In this document: in pieces, positions 10,237 to 23,810 of the stretch
Numbering within the stretch: position 1 is the first letter of the stretch
How the letters are laid out: each line of letters starts with the position of its first letter
Source: Sphyrna mokarran
Lineage: Eukaryota
Assembly: GCA_024679065.1 (NCBI GenBank)
Contig: JAGIQG010000209.1
Location: 1-54,699 of the forward strand
Length of the DNA: 54,699 nt
Direction of reading: 5' to 3'
Notes under the pieces: model-generated
Database searches by the model: none
Told to the model about the DNA's origin: nothing
What the model saw: only the letters and a program-made list of their open reading frames with translations
Position numbers and translations under genes: made by a program

Positions 10237-13200
10237 ATAGAACGTAGATTACAGAACATTACAGCACAGAACAGGCCCTTCGGCCTTCGATGTTGCGCCG
10301 AACAATTATGAAAAAAAAGCAATGACCCTCCAAACTAAACCATTCCCTTCTCTTCCATAAACTTATCAACTAACCTCTTAAACGCCACCAAACTTGGCGC
10401 ATCTACAACTGCCGCAGGCAGGGCATTCCACTCCCTAACCACCCTCTGGGTAAAGAACCTACCTCTGATATCCGTCCTATAACTATCACCCCTTAATTTA
10501 AAGCTGTGTCTCCTCGTGCTAGCTTTCTCCATCCTAGGAAAAAGGCTATCACTGCCCACGCTATCTAAACCTCTAATCATCTTATATGTTTCAATAAGGT
10601 CTCCTCTTAGCCGCCTTCTTTCGAATGAAAACAGCATCAAATCCCTCAGCCTCTCTTCATAAGACCTGCCCTCCATACCAGGCAACATCCTGGTAAACCT
10701 CCTCTGTACCCTCTCCAATGCCTCCAAATCTTTCTTATAACGTGGGGACCAGAACTGCACACAATACTCCAAGTGCGGCCGCACTCGAGTTTTGCACAGT
10801 TGCAACATGACGCTGCAGCTCCGAAAATCAAACCCCCTACCAATAAAAGCTAAGACTCTGTATGCCTTCTTGACAGCCTCATCGACTTGACTGCCTACTT
10901 TCAGGGATCTATGCACATATCCACCAAGATCCCTTTGTTCATCAACACTATTAAGAATCCTATCATTAGCCCTATACTCTACACATTTATTATTCCTGCC
11001 AAAGTGCATTACCTCACACTTTTCCACATTAAACTCCATTTGCCACCTCTCGGCCCAGCTCTGTAACTTGTCCAAGTCTCTCTGCAAATTATAACACCCC
11101 TCTTCACTATCTACCACTCCACCGACTTTGGTGTCATCCGCAAATTTACTAATTTAGGGTGGACAGTGATAGCCTTTTTCCTAGGATGGAAAAAGCTAGC
11201 ACGAGGGGACACAACTTTAAATTAAGGGGTATGAGTTATAGGACGGATATCAGAGGTAGGTTCTTTACTCAAAGAGTGATTAGGGAGTGGAATGCCCTGC
11301 CTGCAGCTGTTGTAGATGCGCCAAGTTTGGTGGCGTTTAAGAGGTTAGTTGATAAGTATATGGATGAGAAGGGAATGGTTTAGTTAGGAGGGGCATTGCT
11401 TTTTATTTTGGTCGGCACAACATCGAAGGCCGAAGGGCCTGTTCTGTGCTGTATTGTTCTATCTATCTATCTATCTTCTATCTATCTAATCCATCCTTCA
11501 GTGCCCTAATCCAGATCGTTTATAAAAATTACAAACAGCAGATGCCCCAAAATAGACCCCTGAGGTACACCACTTGTAACCGAACTCCATGATGAATATC
11601 TCCCATCAACCACCACCCTCTGTCTTCTATCTGCTAGCCAATTCTTAATCCAATTAGCTAAATCCCCCTCTATCCCATACATCTGCATTTTCTGCAGAAG
11701 CCTTCCATGGGCCACCTTATCGAACGCCTTACTAAAGTCCATATATACCACATCGACTGCCTTACCCCCATCCACCTCTTTGGTCACTTATTCAAAAAAC
11801 TCAATAAGGTTAGTAAGGCACGACCTACCCTTCACAAAACCATGCTGACTATCCCCAATCAATTCATTTCTCTCTAAATAACTATAAATCCTATCCCTAA
11901 TAATTCTCTCCAATACTTTGCCCACAACAGAAATAAGACTCACGGCCTATAATTCCCTGGAAAGGTCTCTCTCCCCTTCTTGAACAATGGGACCACATTC
12001 GCTATCCTCCAGTCTTCCGGAACTAGACCCGTAACCAACGACGACCTGAAGATCAGAGCCAGAGGCTCTGCAATCGCCTCTCTTGCCTCCCAGAGAATCC
12101 TAGGGTAAATCCCGTCCGGCCCAGGGGACTTATCTAACTTCAAACCCTCAAGAATATCTAGCACATCCTCCTTATCTACTTCAATACTTTCCAGTTTGCA
12201 ACCCTGTATCCCAGTGTTCTCCACAACTACATTTACATCTCCCTGCGTGAATACCGAAGAGAAATATTTGTTCAGTGCCTCTCCAATCTCTTCAGGCTCC
12301 ACGCACAACTTCCCACTGCTGTCTATGACTGGCCCTAATCTTGCCCTAACCAATCTTCTATTCTTAACATATCTAAAGAAAGCTTTAGGATTCTCCTTAA
12401 TCCTATCAGCCAAAGTCTTCTCGTGCCCCCTCTTAGCTCTCCTCAACTCACTCTTTAGCTCCCTCCTGGCTAATCTATAGCTATCCATTGCACTAACTGA
12501 GCCTTCAAGCCTCATCCTGACATAAGCTTTTTTTTCCTTTTAACCAGCGAATTAACTTTTTTCGTACACCATGGCTCCCTTATTCGACCATTTCCTCCTT
12601 GCCTGACAGGGACATACTTATCAAGGACTCACAGCAGCTGCTCCTTGAATAAGCTCCACATTTCAGATGTTCCCAGTCCCTGTAGTTTACTCCTCCAACC
12701 TATGCACCCTAATTCTCTCCTGATGGCCTCATAATTACCATTCCCCCAGCTATAATTGGCCCCCAGCTTCATGCCTATCACTATCCATCACTAAGGTGAA
12801 CGTAACCGAATTGTGGTCACTATCACCAAAATGTTCACCAACTTCCAAGCCAAACACCTGGTCTGGCTCATTGCCCAGCACCAAATCCAATGTAGCCTCA
12901 CCTCTAGTTGGCATATCTACATACTGAGTCAAAAAACCTTCCTGCACACTTTGTACAAGAACTGACACCTCTAACGTACCAGAGCTATAGCAATTCCAAT
13001 CAATATTAGTAAAGTTAAAGTCCCCATAACAATTACCCTATTACTTTCACTCCTGTCCAGGATCGACTTTGCAATCCTTTCCTCTACCTCGCCAGAGCTT
13101 TTAGGAGGTCTATAAAAGACTCCCAACAGGGTGACCTCTCCTCTCCTGTTTCTAATCTCAGCCCTTACTACCTCAACAGACAAGTCCTCATCAAACTTCT

Positions 13201-13385
13201 TTTCTGTCACTGTGATAGAGTCTTTGACTAATAATGCCACTCCTCCCCCCCCCCTTCTACCTCCTTCTCTACTCCGACTGAAGCATTTGAACCCCGGAAC
13301 CTGCAACAACCATTCGTGTCCCTGCTCTACCCTCGTCTCTGAAATGGCCACAACATCGAAGTTCCAGGTATTGGTCCAAGCTGCC
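10237..13385 (-). mobile_element. CR1 LINE family A, ORF2 (APE + RT), 5'-truncated, interrupted by nested copy
   Basis: Minus ORFs: DVVAISET..GGGVALLVK..GVFYRPP (APE), [44 protein letters not shown] tail. Confidence 0.95.
11154..11485 (+). mobile_element. Nested 3' fragment of the same CR1 family, opposite orientation, apparent CTAAT target duplication
   Basis: Host sequence AAATTTACTAAT|CCATCC (cf. 15105-15125) is split; CTAAT at 11149-11153 and 11486-11490; (CTAT)n tail. Confidence 0.85.
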
Positions 13386-14196
13386 ATGTCAAGGGAACTC
13401 TGACATTTGGTCCTATCTGATTTCTGCATAGCTTCGACATGCATGTTCCTATCTTATGTATTTTTTTAATGTATTATGAATTTACATTAGGGTTTGAGCA
13501 GGAAGGAGAACATCCAAAGAACCAATACGTTACAACAAGATTCCAAAATCAAGCATTGCGTTTGTGAGTCCAAATTGTCGAAATGTGTTCATTGAATCTG
13601 GATTACAAGCTATCTGTATAGAAGTGATGATGACGTTTAACTGTGGGCAACGATTTCATTACATTGATACCAGCAATGTAATGATGTAATGTTATGATAT
13701 TAGTTAAAATTGAGTATGAGCAAGGTGTTCCTAAATTAGTCGCCCCTCAATCTGGTTATGGTTCCTTTCTTGTGGAGTGCAGTAGGCGTAGACAAAGGTC
13801 ATAGGTAGAAGAGGGCATTCACAATGTTAAAATGGCAGCGCGGGTTCGTTGGGTCGAAGGGCCTGTTTCCCTTGCTGTGTTGCTGTGTTATGTTATTCTT
13901 TGCTCTTTGTTCTTCACAGTACAAAATATTCGACTGGGGTGGGGTAGTGGGCGGGGGGGGGGAGGTGGGGGGCTGTTGTGCTGTGGGGGGAAGGGGGGGG
14001 CGGGGGGAGCGGTGGGTGACCTAAAATAGATCTTGGAAGGTATGAAAGATTCAAAAGGATATACGTTATAGAAAGTGAGGGGGAACAAGAACATTGGACT
14101 CCAGCACCCGTTATTCGCTAATGGGTCCAATGTTAAGTTCAAAGAAATACCTTTCCCAGAAATAGCATAGAATGTGGAACTCGATACAACAGAGCT

Positions 14197-15210
14197 TAGA
14201 ACATAGAACATAGAACTTAGAACATTACAGCGCAGAACAGGCCCTTCGGCCTTCGATGTTGCGCCGACCAATTATGAAAAAAGCAATGACCCTCCAAACT
14301 AAACCATTCCCTTCTCTTCCATAAACTTATCAACTAACCTCTTAAACGCACCAAACTTGGCGCATCTACAACTGCCGCAGGCAGGGCATTCCACTCCCTA
14401 ACCACCCTCTGGGTAAAGAACCTACCTCTGATATCCATCCTATAACTATCACCCCTTAATTTAAAGCTGTGTCCCCTCGTGCTAGCTTTCTCCATCCTAG
14501 GAAAAAGGCTATCACTGTCCACCCTATCTAAACCTCTAATCATCTTATATGTTTCGATAAGGTCCCCTCTTAGCCGCCTCCTTTCTAACGAAAACAACCT
14601 CAAATCCCTCAGCCTCTCCTCATAAGACCTGCCCTCCATACCAGGCAACATCCTGGTAAACCTCCTCTGTACCCTCTCCAATGCCTCCACATCTTTCTTA
14701 TAATGTGGGGACCAGAACTGCACACAATACTCCAAGTGCGGCCGCACTAGAGTTTTGTACAGTTGCAACATGACGTTGCGGCTCCGAAATTCAATCCCCC
14801 TACCAATAAAAGCTAAGACTCCATATGCCTTCTTAACAACCTTCTCGACTTGACTGCCTACTTTCAGGGATCTATGCACATACACACCAAGATCCCTCTG
14901 TTCATCAAGACTACTAAGAATCCTACCATTAGCCCTATACTCTACACATTTATTATTCCTGCCATAGTGCATTACCTCACACTTTTCCACATTAAACTCC
15001 ATTTGCCACCTCTCGGCCCAGCTCTGCAACTTGTCCAAGTCTCTCTGCAAACTATAACACCCCTCTTCACTATCTACCACTCCACCGACTTTAGTGTCAT
15101 CTGCAAATTTACTAATCCATCCTTCAATACCCTCATCCAGATCATTTATAAAAATTACAAACAGCAGGGGCCCCAAAACAGACCCCTGAAGGTACACCAC
15201 TTGTAACCGG
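14197..15210 (-). mobile_element. Young CR1 family A 3' fragment (288-aa open RT portion)
   Basis: ORF 14334-15200 QGSVLGPLLF..KFADDT; (AGAACAT)n tail. Confidence 0.95.
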
Positions 15211-15434
15211 CTTGGATTAGTTGAATATCAGATACTCATTTAGGTGGAAATTGGATCAACACAGGAGGGAGATAACAATAGAGCATGTTGAGGGGGGATG
15301 GGTAGAGTGTGAGTCGGAAGAGGTTGATGTACATTACAAACACTGTGACAGAGGCCTGTTGTCCTGGAAATAATGGTGCATTTTGAAATGAAGAGATCAT
15401 GGGAGGTGAAAATTGTTTTTTTCGAAATGCTTGA

Positions 15435-15800
15435 TTTAATTTGGTTTGATTTGATTTATTATTGTTTCATGGATTGGGATACACCGAAAATTATTGTTTC
15501 TTGTGGACAAAACATGCATTTCAGAGAGTACATAGGGGAGAAGGATAGGAGAGGGTGCAGAATGTATTGTTACAGTCACAGGTGTAGAGTAAGAGCACTT
15601 AATAATGGTATGTTCATTCAAAAGTGTGTTGGCAGCAGGGAAGCAGCTGTTCTTAAGTTGGTTGGTATATGATCTCAGACTTCTGTATATTTTTTTACTG
15701 ACGGAAGTAGGTGGAAGAGAGTTTGTCCGGGGTAATTGGGGTCCCTGAATAACTTCGCTATTTTTCGGAGATAGCGAGAAGCATAGATAAAATCATCAAT
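15435..15800 (-). mobile_element. Rex1-like LINE 3' fragment
   Basis: Minus ORF ..DPNYPGQTLFHLLPS..; TTTGATTTGATTTATT tail. Confidence 0.6.
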
Positions 15801-17639
15801 GGATCCATTTGAGGATGTAAATGACACTGGCCTTCTGAATAAAATAAACAGTTCATTATTTAAGTGAAATTCAAAGGACGTTTCATTGAGGTGATGATGT
15901 ATTTCAATTACAATTTCGGTATTGCAAACATTAGAAGCTTGAGGCCGTTTTCTTTCCAAGGGATAAACTTCACTATTTCTTCAATTAGTTCATTCATGGG
16001 ACGGGGGCGTCACCCCCGTATTGGCCGTCCTTATTTACCCTTGAACTAACTGAGTGACTTGCCAAGTCATTTTTCAACACGGGCTTTTTTACAACAACGG
16101 CTTTTAATTATACATTCGAATTTAATTCCAAATTTTTCGTGTTGTATTTATCTTTTGCCGTGTGTCGGAGTGGGAATTGAACACTGGGTTCTGTAACATA
16201 ATCCAACAAAATGACATTTATCCCTGCATCCAGATCTTCCTGGGGGACAGTGATCCAGAGTACCAGGGCACACTGGGAAAGTGCACTCTGACATCACCCC
16301 TAAACTGTCTGGCAGTAATTTAAAAGCTCTGACCCAATGTTATGGACCCACCCCCGACTCCGCCCCCGGCAGAGGAAACAGTTTCCCTCCATTAACCCAT
16401 CAAATTATTTTTCAAACTTAAACACGGCGAATAGACCATCTCATAATCTTATCTGCTGGAAGGAATAAGATTACTCTGTGTAACGTGCTCTCGCAATGTA
16501 TCCCTTTTTAACCCCAGTATCTTCATGCGAAACTGAGATGTTCTTCAGAGAACCCAACACCAGAGTTCAAATTCTGCACAACTCACATGAATCTAAAATG
16601 TTCATCTTTTTTAATTCATTACTGGGACATGGGGATCGCTGGATGTTCAGAATTCGTTTTTCATCCTTAGTTGCCCTAATGAAGCGAGCTGCCTTTTTGA
16701 AAGACTTCAGTCCACCGACTATGGGTTGACAAAAAGGCCGTTAGGGAAAGAATTCCAGGATGTTGTCCTCGTGACGGCCAATATGTTTCCAACTTTTTTT
16801 TGACAACAACGGCTTTTAATTATACAGGATGGTGAGTGGTTCGAAGGGGAGCATGCAGATGTTGGTGTTCTCATACATAAGCTGCTTTTGTCATTCTACA
16901 AGGCAGTGATCGTGGGTTTGGAAGGTGCTGTCGAAGGATCATTGGTGAATTATTGTTATACAATCAGCGTCATGGTGGAGGGAGAGAATGTCTGTGAAAC
17001 TGCGTTTCTGTCTCCACGGATCTGCCAAAGCCGCTGAGTTTCTCCAGCATTTATATTTATAATATAATCAAAATTCATATCAACCAGAATGGGACAATCA
17101 AATGGGAGACCCATTAAATCGGCAACACATTTTGTCTAGGAGATGGAACTTACGTAATAGCTGAAACTAAAATGTTCTATTTGAACCAAATTTGGTTGTT
17201 TCTCTTGATTGAAGACTAAACAACTAGACAGACGTGAGTCCGATGCAGTTTAACCAGGTGCAGAGAAACCCTTCATCGGTACTGGAATCTTTCTTGTAAA
17301 GCTTCACAAACTTAGAATTAGTAACATAGAATCATAGAAGCCTACAGTGCAGAAAGAGGCCCTTTGGCCCATCGATTCTGCACCAAACACAATCCCACCC
17401 AAGCCCTACCCCCATATCCCTACATGTTATATCCACTAATATTCTAACCTACGCATCCCTGGACACTAAGGGGCAATTTCTTAGCATTGCTAATCATCCT
17501 AACCTGCACAGCTTTGGACATCTGAATTATAAAACAGAAAAAAATTGCAAAACTCCATAAAGATTGCATTCTATCAGTTTGGTAACTGCATAATACAATG
17601 ATAAAAATGTTGTCATTGAAATGAATTTTCATTATTGTA

Positions 17640-17985
17640 CGAGGCAACAGGAAGAAATTTCACAATACCGGGTTAATGCACAGCAGATTTATTTGGAATC
17701 AGGAGGTTTTGAAGCACTGCTACTTTCTCAGGTGAGCGAGAAGGTGGGTTCACAAGCACAGCCTACATAGATAAAGACACATTTGCAAGATAATGGCTGG
17801 ATGGTGAGTCTTTACAGATAATCAAGTCTGTACAGGTACAGACAATGTGTGTGGAGAGAGGTATAGCGATGGATAAGCGTTCTCCAAGGCGGTCTTCAAG
17901 ACAGAAGAAAATGCATACTCGCCGAGCACAAACTCATAGCCAAGCTCCCAATGCATGAGGACAGCCTCAACAGGGATGTTGGGTT
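17640..17985 (-). mobile_element. Penelope-like element remnant
   Basis: Reverse-complement similarity to 43870-44150 (GAAGCACTGCT..TCAGGTG; GTCTTTACAG). Confidence 0.5.
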
Positions 17986-17989
17986 CAAA

Positions 17990-18630
17990 ACAGCATGGGA
18001 AACAGGCCCTTTGGCCCAATGAGCCTGTGCCACCACCCCGATGTTCCCACTTCTACCCACGATCCCTCTCTATGTTTATAGATCTATGCATTGGAACCAA
18101 ATTTGAGACAATTTAGTGAGAATTTGTTCTGCCAATCAGCCTAAGAGCATATCCTTGGGATGTGGGATGAAACCGGAGCACCCGGAGGAAACCCACGCAA
18201 GCACGGGGACAATGTGCAAACTCCCACAGACGCAGGCCCAAATCCATGTATCTGTACAGCACAGCGATAGTCACTGAGCTGTCGTGTTGCCCTTCAAATG
18301 GCCCAGGTCAAGCGTACACTACCGACGTGAAGCACTAGCATACTCTCGCAAAAAATCCAAGAGCAGCCCTCTCACGACCCACCGCGTGTATGCCCCTTGT
18401 TAGAAACAAGGCGGACGAAAGTAACTATAGGATAAAAACAAGTACATCAATATATCGACTATTTACACATTTCCCAGGGAATCCCAAGGCTCGTAATCCC
18501 TATTTTAAATCAGTTTTCTATATCGCTCCATTCCCATTCTGTTCATGTGCCCATCTAAGTTTCTCTTAAAGAACTTCAGAGTGCCTGCTTCCACAACTTT
18601 ATTTGGCAACGCGTTCCATATCCCCACCCA
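17990..18630 (-). mobile_element. CR1 family B 3' end including SINE-core-bearing 3' UTR
   Basis: Minus ORF ..IWNALPNKVVEAGTL..MNRMGMERYRKLI*; 3' UTR matches 36027-36577. Confidence 0.85.
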
Positions 18631-19679
18631 CCCTCTTTTGAGACATGGACGCTGCTGTTTGGGCCAGCATTTATTGCCCATCATTGCTTTTGGAGGGCCG
18701 TTCGAAATCAAAGATCAAAGAACGAAGAACCATTCAGCACAGGAAACAGGCCTTTCGGCCCTTCAAGCCCGCGCCGCCATTTTAACATTCAGTCAGTGCC
18801 TCATTCCGATCTTCTTCTACTCATGACTTTTGTCTACGATTCTTCGACTCTACAAAAAAAAGTGTGCAAATTTAGAGAATTTATGCGCACCAGATTAAGG
18901 AAGATCTAATTTAGGGACAATTTGTTAACACCAATTAACCAAAGAGCATGTTTTTGGGGTGTGGGAGGAAACCGAGCACCCAGAAAAAACCCACGTAAGC
19001 ACGGGCAGAATGTGCAAACTCCCACAGACACCGGTACAAGCCAAATCAGATTACTGTGGCTCTGGAGTCCACATGTCAGGCAAACCAAACAAGGAAGAGA
19101 AATGTCCTTCCCTGAAGGGTATTACTGAACCTTTACTGAACATATATGTGATGAAAACAAACCAAACTCGCATGAACCTTTCTTCCGAACGTGGGGTCAC
19201 AGTTTTTAATGTCTGAACACTTATTCTACCTGTTAGTTATTATCCTCTTTTACTCACCATAAACCTGCAACAGCAATAAAATGAGTCTTGTATATAATAA
19301 TTCTTTCGATATCTTTACGTGCTATTTCTACATGTTTTGTGGACCTGTTTGTTTCTGTAGGGTTAATGGCTGCAGGTTGACGTGAGCTCAAACCCAGAGA
19401 GCTTTGTCTCTTTCAGATACAGTGGAAATTATGACGGGTTGTGCAATGGAAAGTCTGACACAAGTTTGGTGTGGTGTGCTGGTGAATTCCACATTCACTT
19501 GACACAGTGTGGTCATCGACTGTGCGTCACAGCCATGAACAGACAGCATGTCTTCAGGGAGTGTTACAGTGCATTTATTCTGTGGTGATATATTTTGTAT
19601 TTCAGCTAAATTTCAATTCATTTGCGGTATGTGAATTCCTTAGCAAGAGCAGAGTGCATTGTTCTTTCGAAAATGATGA

Positions 19680-20310
19680 TGTCCAAAGATGTGCAGGTTA
19701 GGGTGGATTGGCCGTGCCAAATTGCCCTTTAGTGTCTAAATATGTGTAGATTAGGCGGATTAGCCTTGCTAAATTGTCCCTTACTGTCTAAAGATGTGTA
19801 AATTAGGTGGATTGGCCATGCTAAATTGCACATTAGTGTCCAAAATGTGCAGGTTAGGTGGATTGGCCATGCCAAATTGCCCCTTGTTGTCTAATTATGT
19901 GCAGAATATGTGGATTGGCCGTGCTAAATTGTCCCTTACTGTCTAAAAATGTGCAAATTAGGTGGCTTTGGCCATGCTAAATTACACAATAGTGTCCGAA
20001 ATGTGCAGGTTAGGTGGATTAGCCATGCCAAATTGCCCCTTAGTGTCCAATGATGTGTTGATTAGGTGGATTGTCCGTGCTAAATTGTTCCTTTATGTCT
20101 AAAGATGTGCAAATTAGGTGGATTGGCCATGCTAAATTGCTCCTCAGTGTCCAAAGATGTGCGGGTTAGGTGGCTTGGCCGTGCTAAATTACCCCTTAGT
20201 GCCAACGATGTATAGGTTAGGTGGATTAGTCGAGTTTATTGTGCGTTATTATGGGGATAAGGTGGGTGATGTGGATCTGGGTAAATTAGTGCTTCTATCT
20301 GCATTGTAGG
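19680..20310 (+). repeat. Tandem array (~11 x ~50 bp) derived from the SINE internal unit
   Basis: Repeating GTCCAAAGATGTGCAGGTTAGGTGGATTGGCCATGCTAAATTGCCCTTAGT. Confidence 0.9.
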
Positions 20311-20429
20311 CAGTCTCTGATCATACTCAGTATTCTTGCCAGTTCATAAACAAACACTGACAGTTCTACCTCCAGACGACAGAGACAGATTAACTGGAAT
20401 ACCAGAATAACGAGGTTACCTTAGAAGCT

Positions 20430-20855
20430 GCGGAACATCCATTTGACCTACGCACCTCGGGACACGAAGGGGGAAATCTACATTACACGTGTTCTATGAT
20501 CCTATTCTATGAATTTAGCATCACCAATCCTTCTATCCAGCACATCGAAAAGCACTAAAGGGCAATTAGGTATGGTCAATCCACCTACCCTGCACATGTT
20601 TGCACACTAAGGGATAATTTACATAGCTAATCAGACTAAACGATGCGTCCTTGGACACGAAGAGGCAATTTAATAGGACCAATCCACGAGAACTGCACAT
20701 TTTCAGTCCGTGAGAGGAAAACCGAGCACTCAGAGGAAGCCTGCGCAGACATGAGGAGAACATTCAGACTCCAGCAGTCAGTGACCCAAGGCAGGAATCG
20801 AAGCCAGATCCCAGGCGCTGTGGGGCAGCACTGCTAACAGATGTGCCAGCATGCT
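20430..20855 (-). mobile_element. V-SINE-like SINE with internal tandem units
   Basis: GGAAAACCGAGCACTCAGAGGAAG..GACCCAAGGCAGGAATCGAA (reverse of core and B box). Confidence 0.75.
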
Positions 20856-23109
20856 GTAATGTAATTGTGTTCAATCTAATTCATTCTTTAAAGAGATTGC
20901 ACATGATTCCTGCCGAAAAAAGAGAAGTGAAAATATTCTATGAATTATATGTAATTTGATTGAAATTGTGTTGGAAATCTTAGGGATTTGCTCCTCAAGC
21001 ATAGAATGTAAAAACTGCAGTTCCTCTGACCTGCAGATGAAATGAGTGCGTCTGTTGTGAATCAGAGGGGGTTTCTGCAAATTGTAATCAACAGTAGCAA
21101 TGCTTCCAAATTGTGACAAATATTCTTTTGAATAGTTTCCTGTAATATGGCTTAATTATAAACCAGCAGTTTCTCTGTGCTGCTACATCTATCTCGAATG
21201 CCCAACTGTCTGCGGTTTTACATTGTGTCTCAGCTTCTGATCTCCAGAGGCAGTTGGATAGGTGTAGCACCTCAACTGTAAACAAACGAAAAACCACATT
21301 GCGCTGTAGTCTCGGACAACTTTCTGTCTCAACGTGGTCAGAATCTCAACTAGCGATTGCTGCTTTTGCATAGGCCCTGAAAGGGCTGTGAGCGACGCGT
21401 CTGTCTTAAGGTAACACCATGCAAGCGTGGCCACAGCCAACGCCTCTCTGTCTTTCTCTATCTGCTGCCAAGCCCCGCTCTGTGCTGAAAATCTCACGAC
21501 TATTTTCCTTGACTTTAAAAGTCATAGCTTTTTTTGCAGAGCATTTCCGGCAGGAGCGCTCAAATTGTTCACCTCCCAAACCTGTTGTGGCACGAATTCG
21601 TTCAAACAGGGCCTTCACCTTAAGATGTGTGGATGAAGCTCCAAGCTCTGTTCCTCCTCATTTTTTTGAACGTTCCCCGGCGGAATAATGGCTACAGGGC
21701 CTTGTAGAGAAATTAGAACATTGAATTTGCTGTTTCAATATTCTTATTGGATCAACTGTCGTATGACAGTCTCCCAAAAATGAAAAATTTGACCCAACGG
21801 CAGTTTATAAGTGTTTTCGTCCTGTTAGAGTGGTGCATGTTGACTCTTTGCAGTAAGTACCACAGAAAACCATGTTCTAAACAGAATCCTAATTAGGGCT
21901 CTATTTCACTAAAGCGGCTGATTCTACTGGAATGTGTGATTGAGACATCTGAATAAATGCTCCTTTAATATTCGTGACTTAAAAATACTAACTCGTTTCT
22001 TGTTTCATAACAGAGTGAATTATTCCCATTCAAAATACTTTTTACACAATGTGTTTTGAATTTTAACATTTGAATTTGGAGTCTAGGTGTTTGATCCATA
22101 CTTTGAGCTCCTATTTTCCAGTAACAGCATTAAATTCATTGATCCTGCTTCTGCCAGTCGCCATTAACTTTTACTCCATTGTCTAAGTTCCTGTGCGGCA
22201 CGGTGACACAGTGGAGAGCACCGCTGTCTCACTGCACCAGGGACCGGGTTATGAGTTACTGGACATCGACAGGTCACTTGGGTAGATCCCAAAGATCCAT
22301 TATCTTCTCGGCGCAGAAAATTCTTTTCCTCTGATTCTGAAATGGCAATTTCTTTACCCTAAGGTTATGTGGCATATTTTCCAGCCAAGGGGGAATCAAA
22401 TTCTTTCGGACCTGGCATGTCACATAATTTTTATGTTTATATAGAACAGAGAATATAAATATCATTTTTCCAGCCTCTCATCGCAGGACAATCCTATTGT
22501 TCAAGGGATCAATGATAGATTATTAGTAGTTGGGGACGAAATGTAGTGTGTCCCAGTACACAGATTAATCAGGAGTGGTTAATCACGAATGTTAACTGAC
22601 CATCATACAGTCGACAGCAAGTGCCATCACTAAGCGTACATAGAGATAGTTTTCGGAAGGTAGAGAACAGGTAACTAGGCAACTGCTATTTAAATAGGCC
22701 TGTTTGTCAGTATGAAGGAAGTTTTTCACCCAGTAAAGGGTATGCTGGCTTTCGAGAACCGCAATGATAAATAAACGTTCTTACTTTCGCTATATTCAGA
22801 TTGCCTATATTAAAGTAAAGGATGTAGAATAACTTAAATAGAACAAATTTTATTTAGTTTTGAGTTTAGAGCCTTGTTTGTTTCTGTGTTCTATCACTAT
22901 TTGTCATTTCTATAAAAAAGAACTAATATATATTTATGGAAAAAGGCAAAATATCGAGAGCTGCATGACATTGGTTTAAGAGGATTTGTCAAAAGAAGCA
23001 ACAGGAATTAATAAAAATGGAGATTGAGGCGTCTGGGGCACGATCTGTAAATTAGAACACTGTAAGTTTAAATGCCAATGTCCAATAATGTGCTGGTTAG
23101 GTGATTGGC

Positions 23110-23420
23110 CATGCCCTTCGGCGCTCTAAGTCTGCGCCGCTCACATGCCCAGCTGGACCATTCGTTTGTATCTCTCCATTCCCAATCTGTTCATCTAGAT
23201 AAGTCTTAAACAATCCCAGCTTGTCCACCTCAACCACCCTGTTCGGCAGTGCATTTCAGGCCCCCACCATCCTCTGTGCAAAATAGGGCCCCCTGACATT
23301 TGTGTTGAACCTTGCCCCCCTTCACGTTGAACTTGTGACTTCTTGTGCTCGTCACCTCCGACCTGGGAAAAAGCTTCCCATTGTTCACCCTATCTGTGCC
23401 TTTCAAAATTTTATACATAT
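23110..23420 (-). mobile_element. CR1 3' fragment
   Basis: Minus ORF MYKILKGTDRVNNGKLFP. Confidence 0.75.
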
Positions 23421-23429
23421 CTATTAGCT

Positions 23430-23810
23430 AAATTTCATCTTAGTGTCCTAAGATGTGCACTTTCGGATTGGTCGTGCAAAATTGCCCCTTAGTGGCCAAA
23501 TATGTGTGAGTTTTCTGGTTGGCCATGCTCAGTTGTCCCTTCTTATCCAAAGATATGTGGGTTACATGGATTGGCCACGTTAAATTGTCCCTAACTATCC
23601 AAAGATATGCAGGACGCCGCATTGACCATGCTAAATTGCAGCTTAGCGGATAAAGATGTGAAAGTTAGGTGGACTGGACATGCTAAATTGTCCCTTAGTG
23701 TCAGGGGAATTAGTAGGCTAATTATGTGGGGTCAAGGCGATAGCGCCTGGGTGCGTGTGCTGGTGGTGCATGCTCAACGGGATGAATGACCCTCCTTCTT
23801 CACAATAGGA
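23430..23810 (+). repeat. SINE-derived ~50-bp tandem array plus SINE tail
   Basis: Repeated AAAGATGTG..GGATTGGCCATGCTAAATTGTCCCTTAGTG. Confidence 0.8.

Noticed and set aside
13491-13563. Possible cytoplasmic exon (GFEQEGEHPKNQYVTTRF..)
   Set aside because: Weak acceptor, sandwiched between repeats, no linkage to a TM exon
19680-20230. CRISPR-like array
   Set aside because: Head-to-tail degenerate units with no unique spacers; SINE-derived; eukaryotic context; no cas genes
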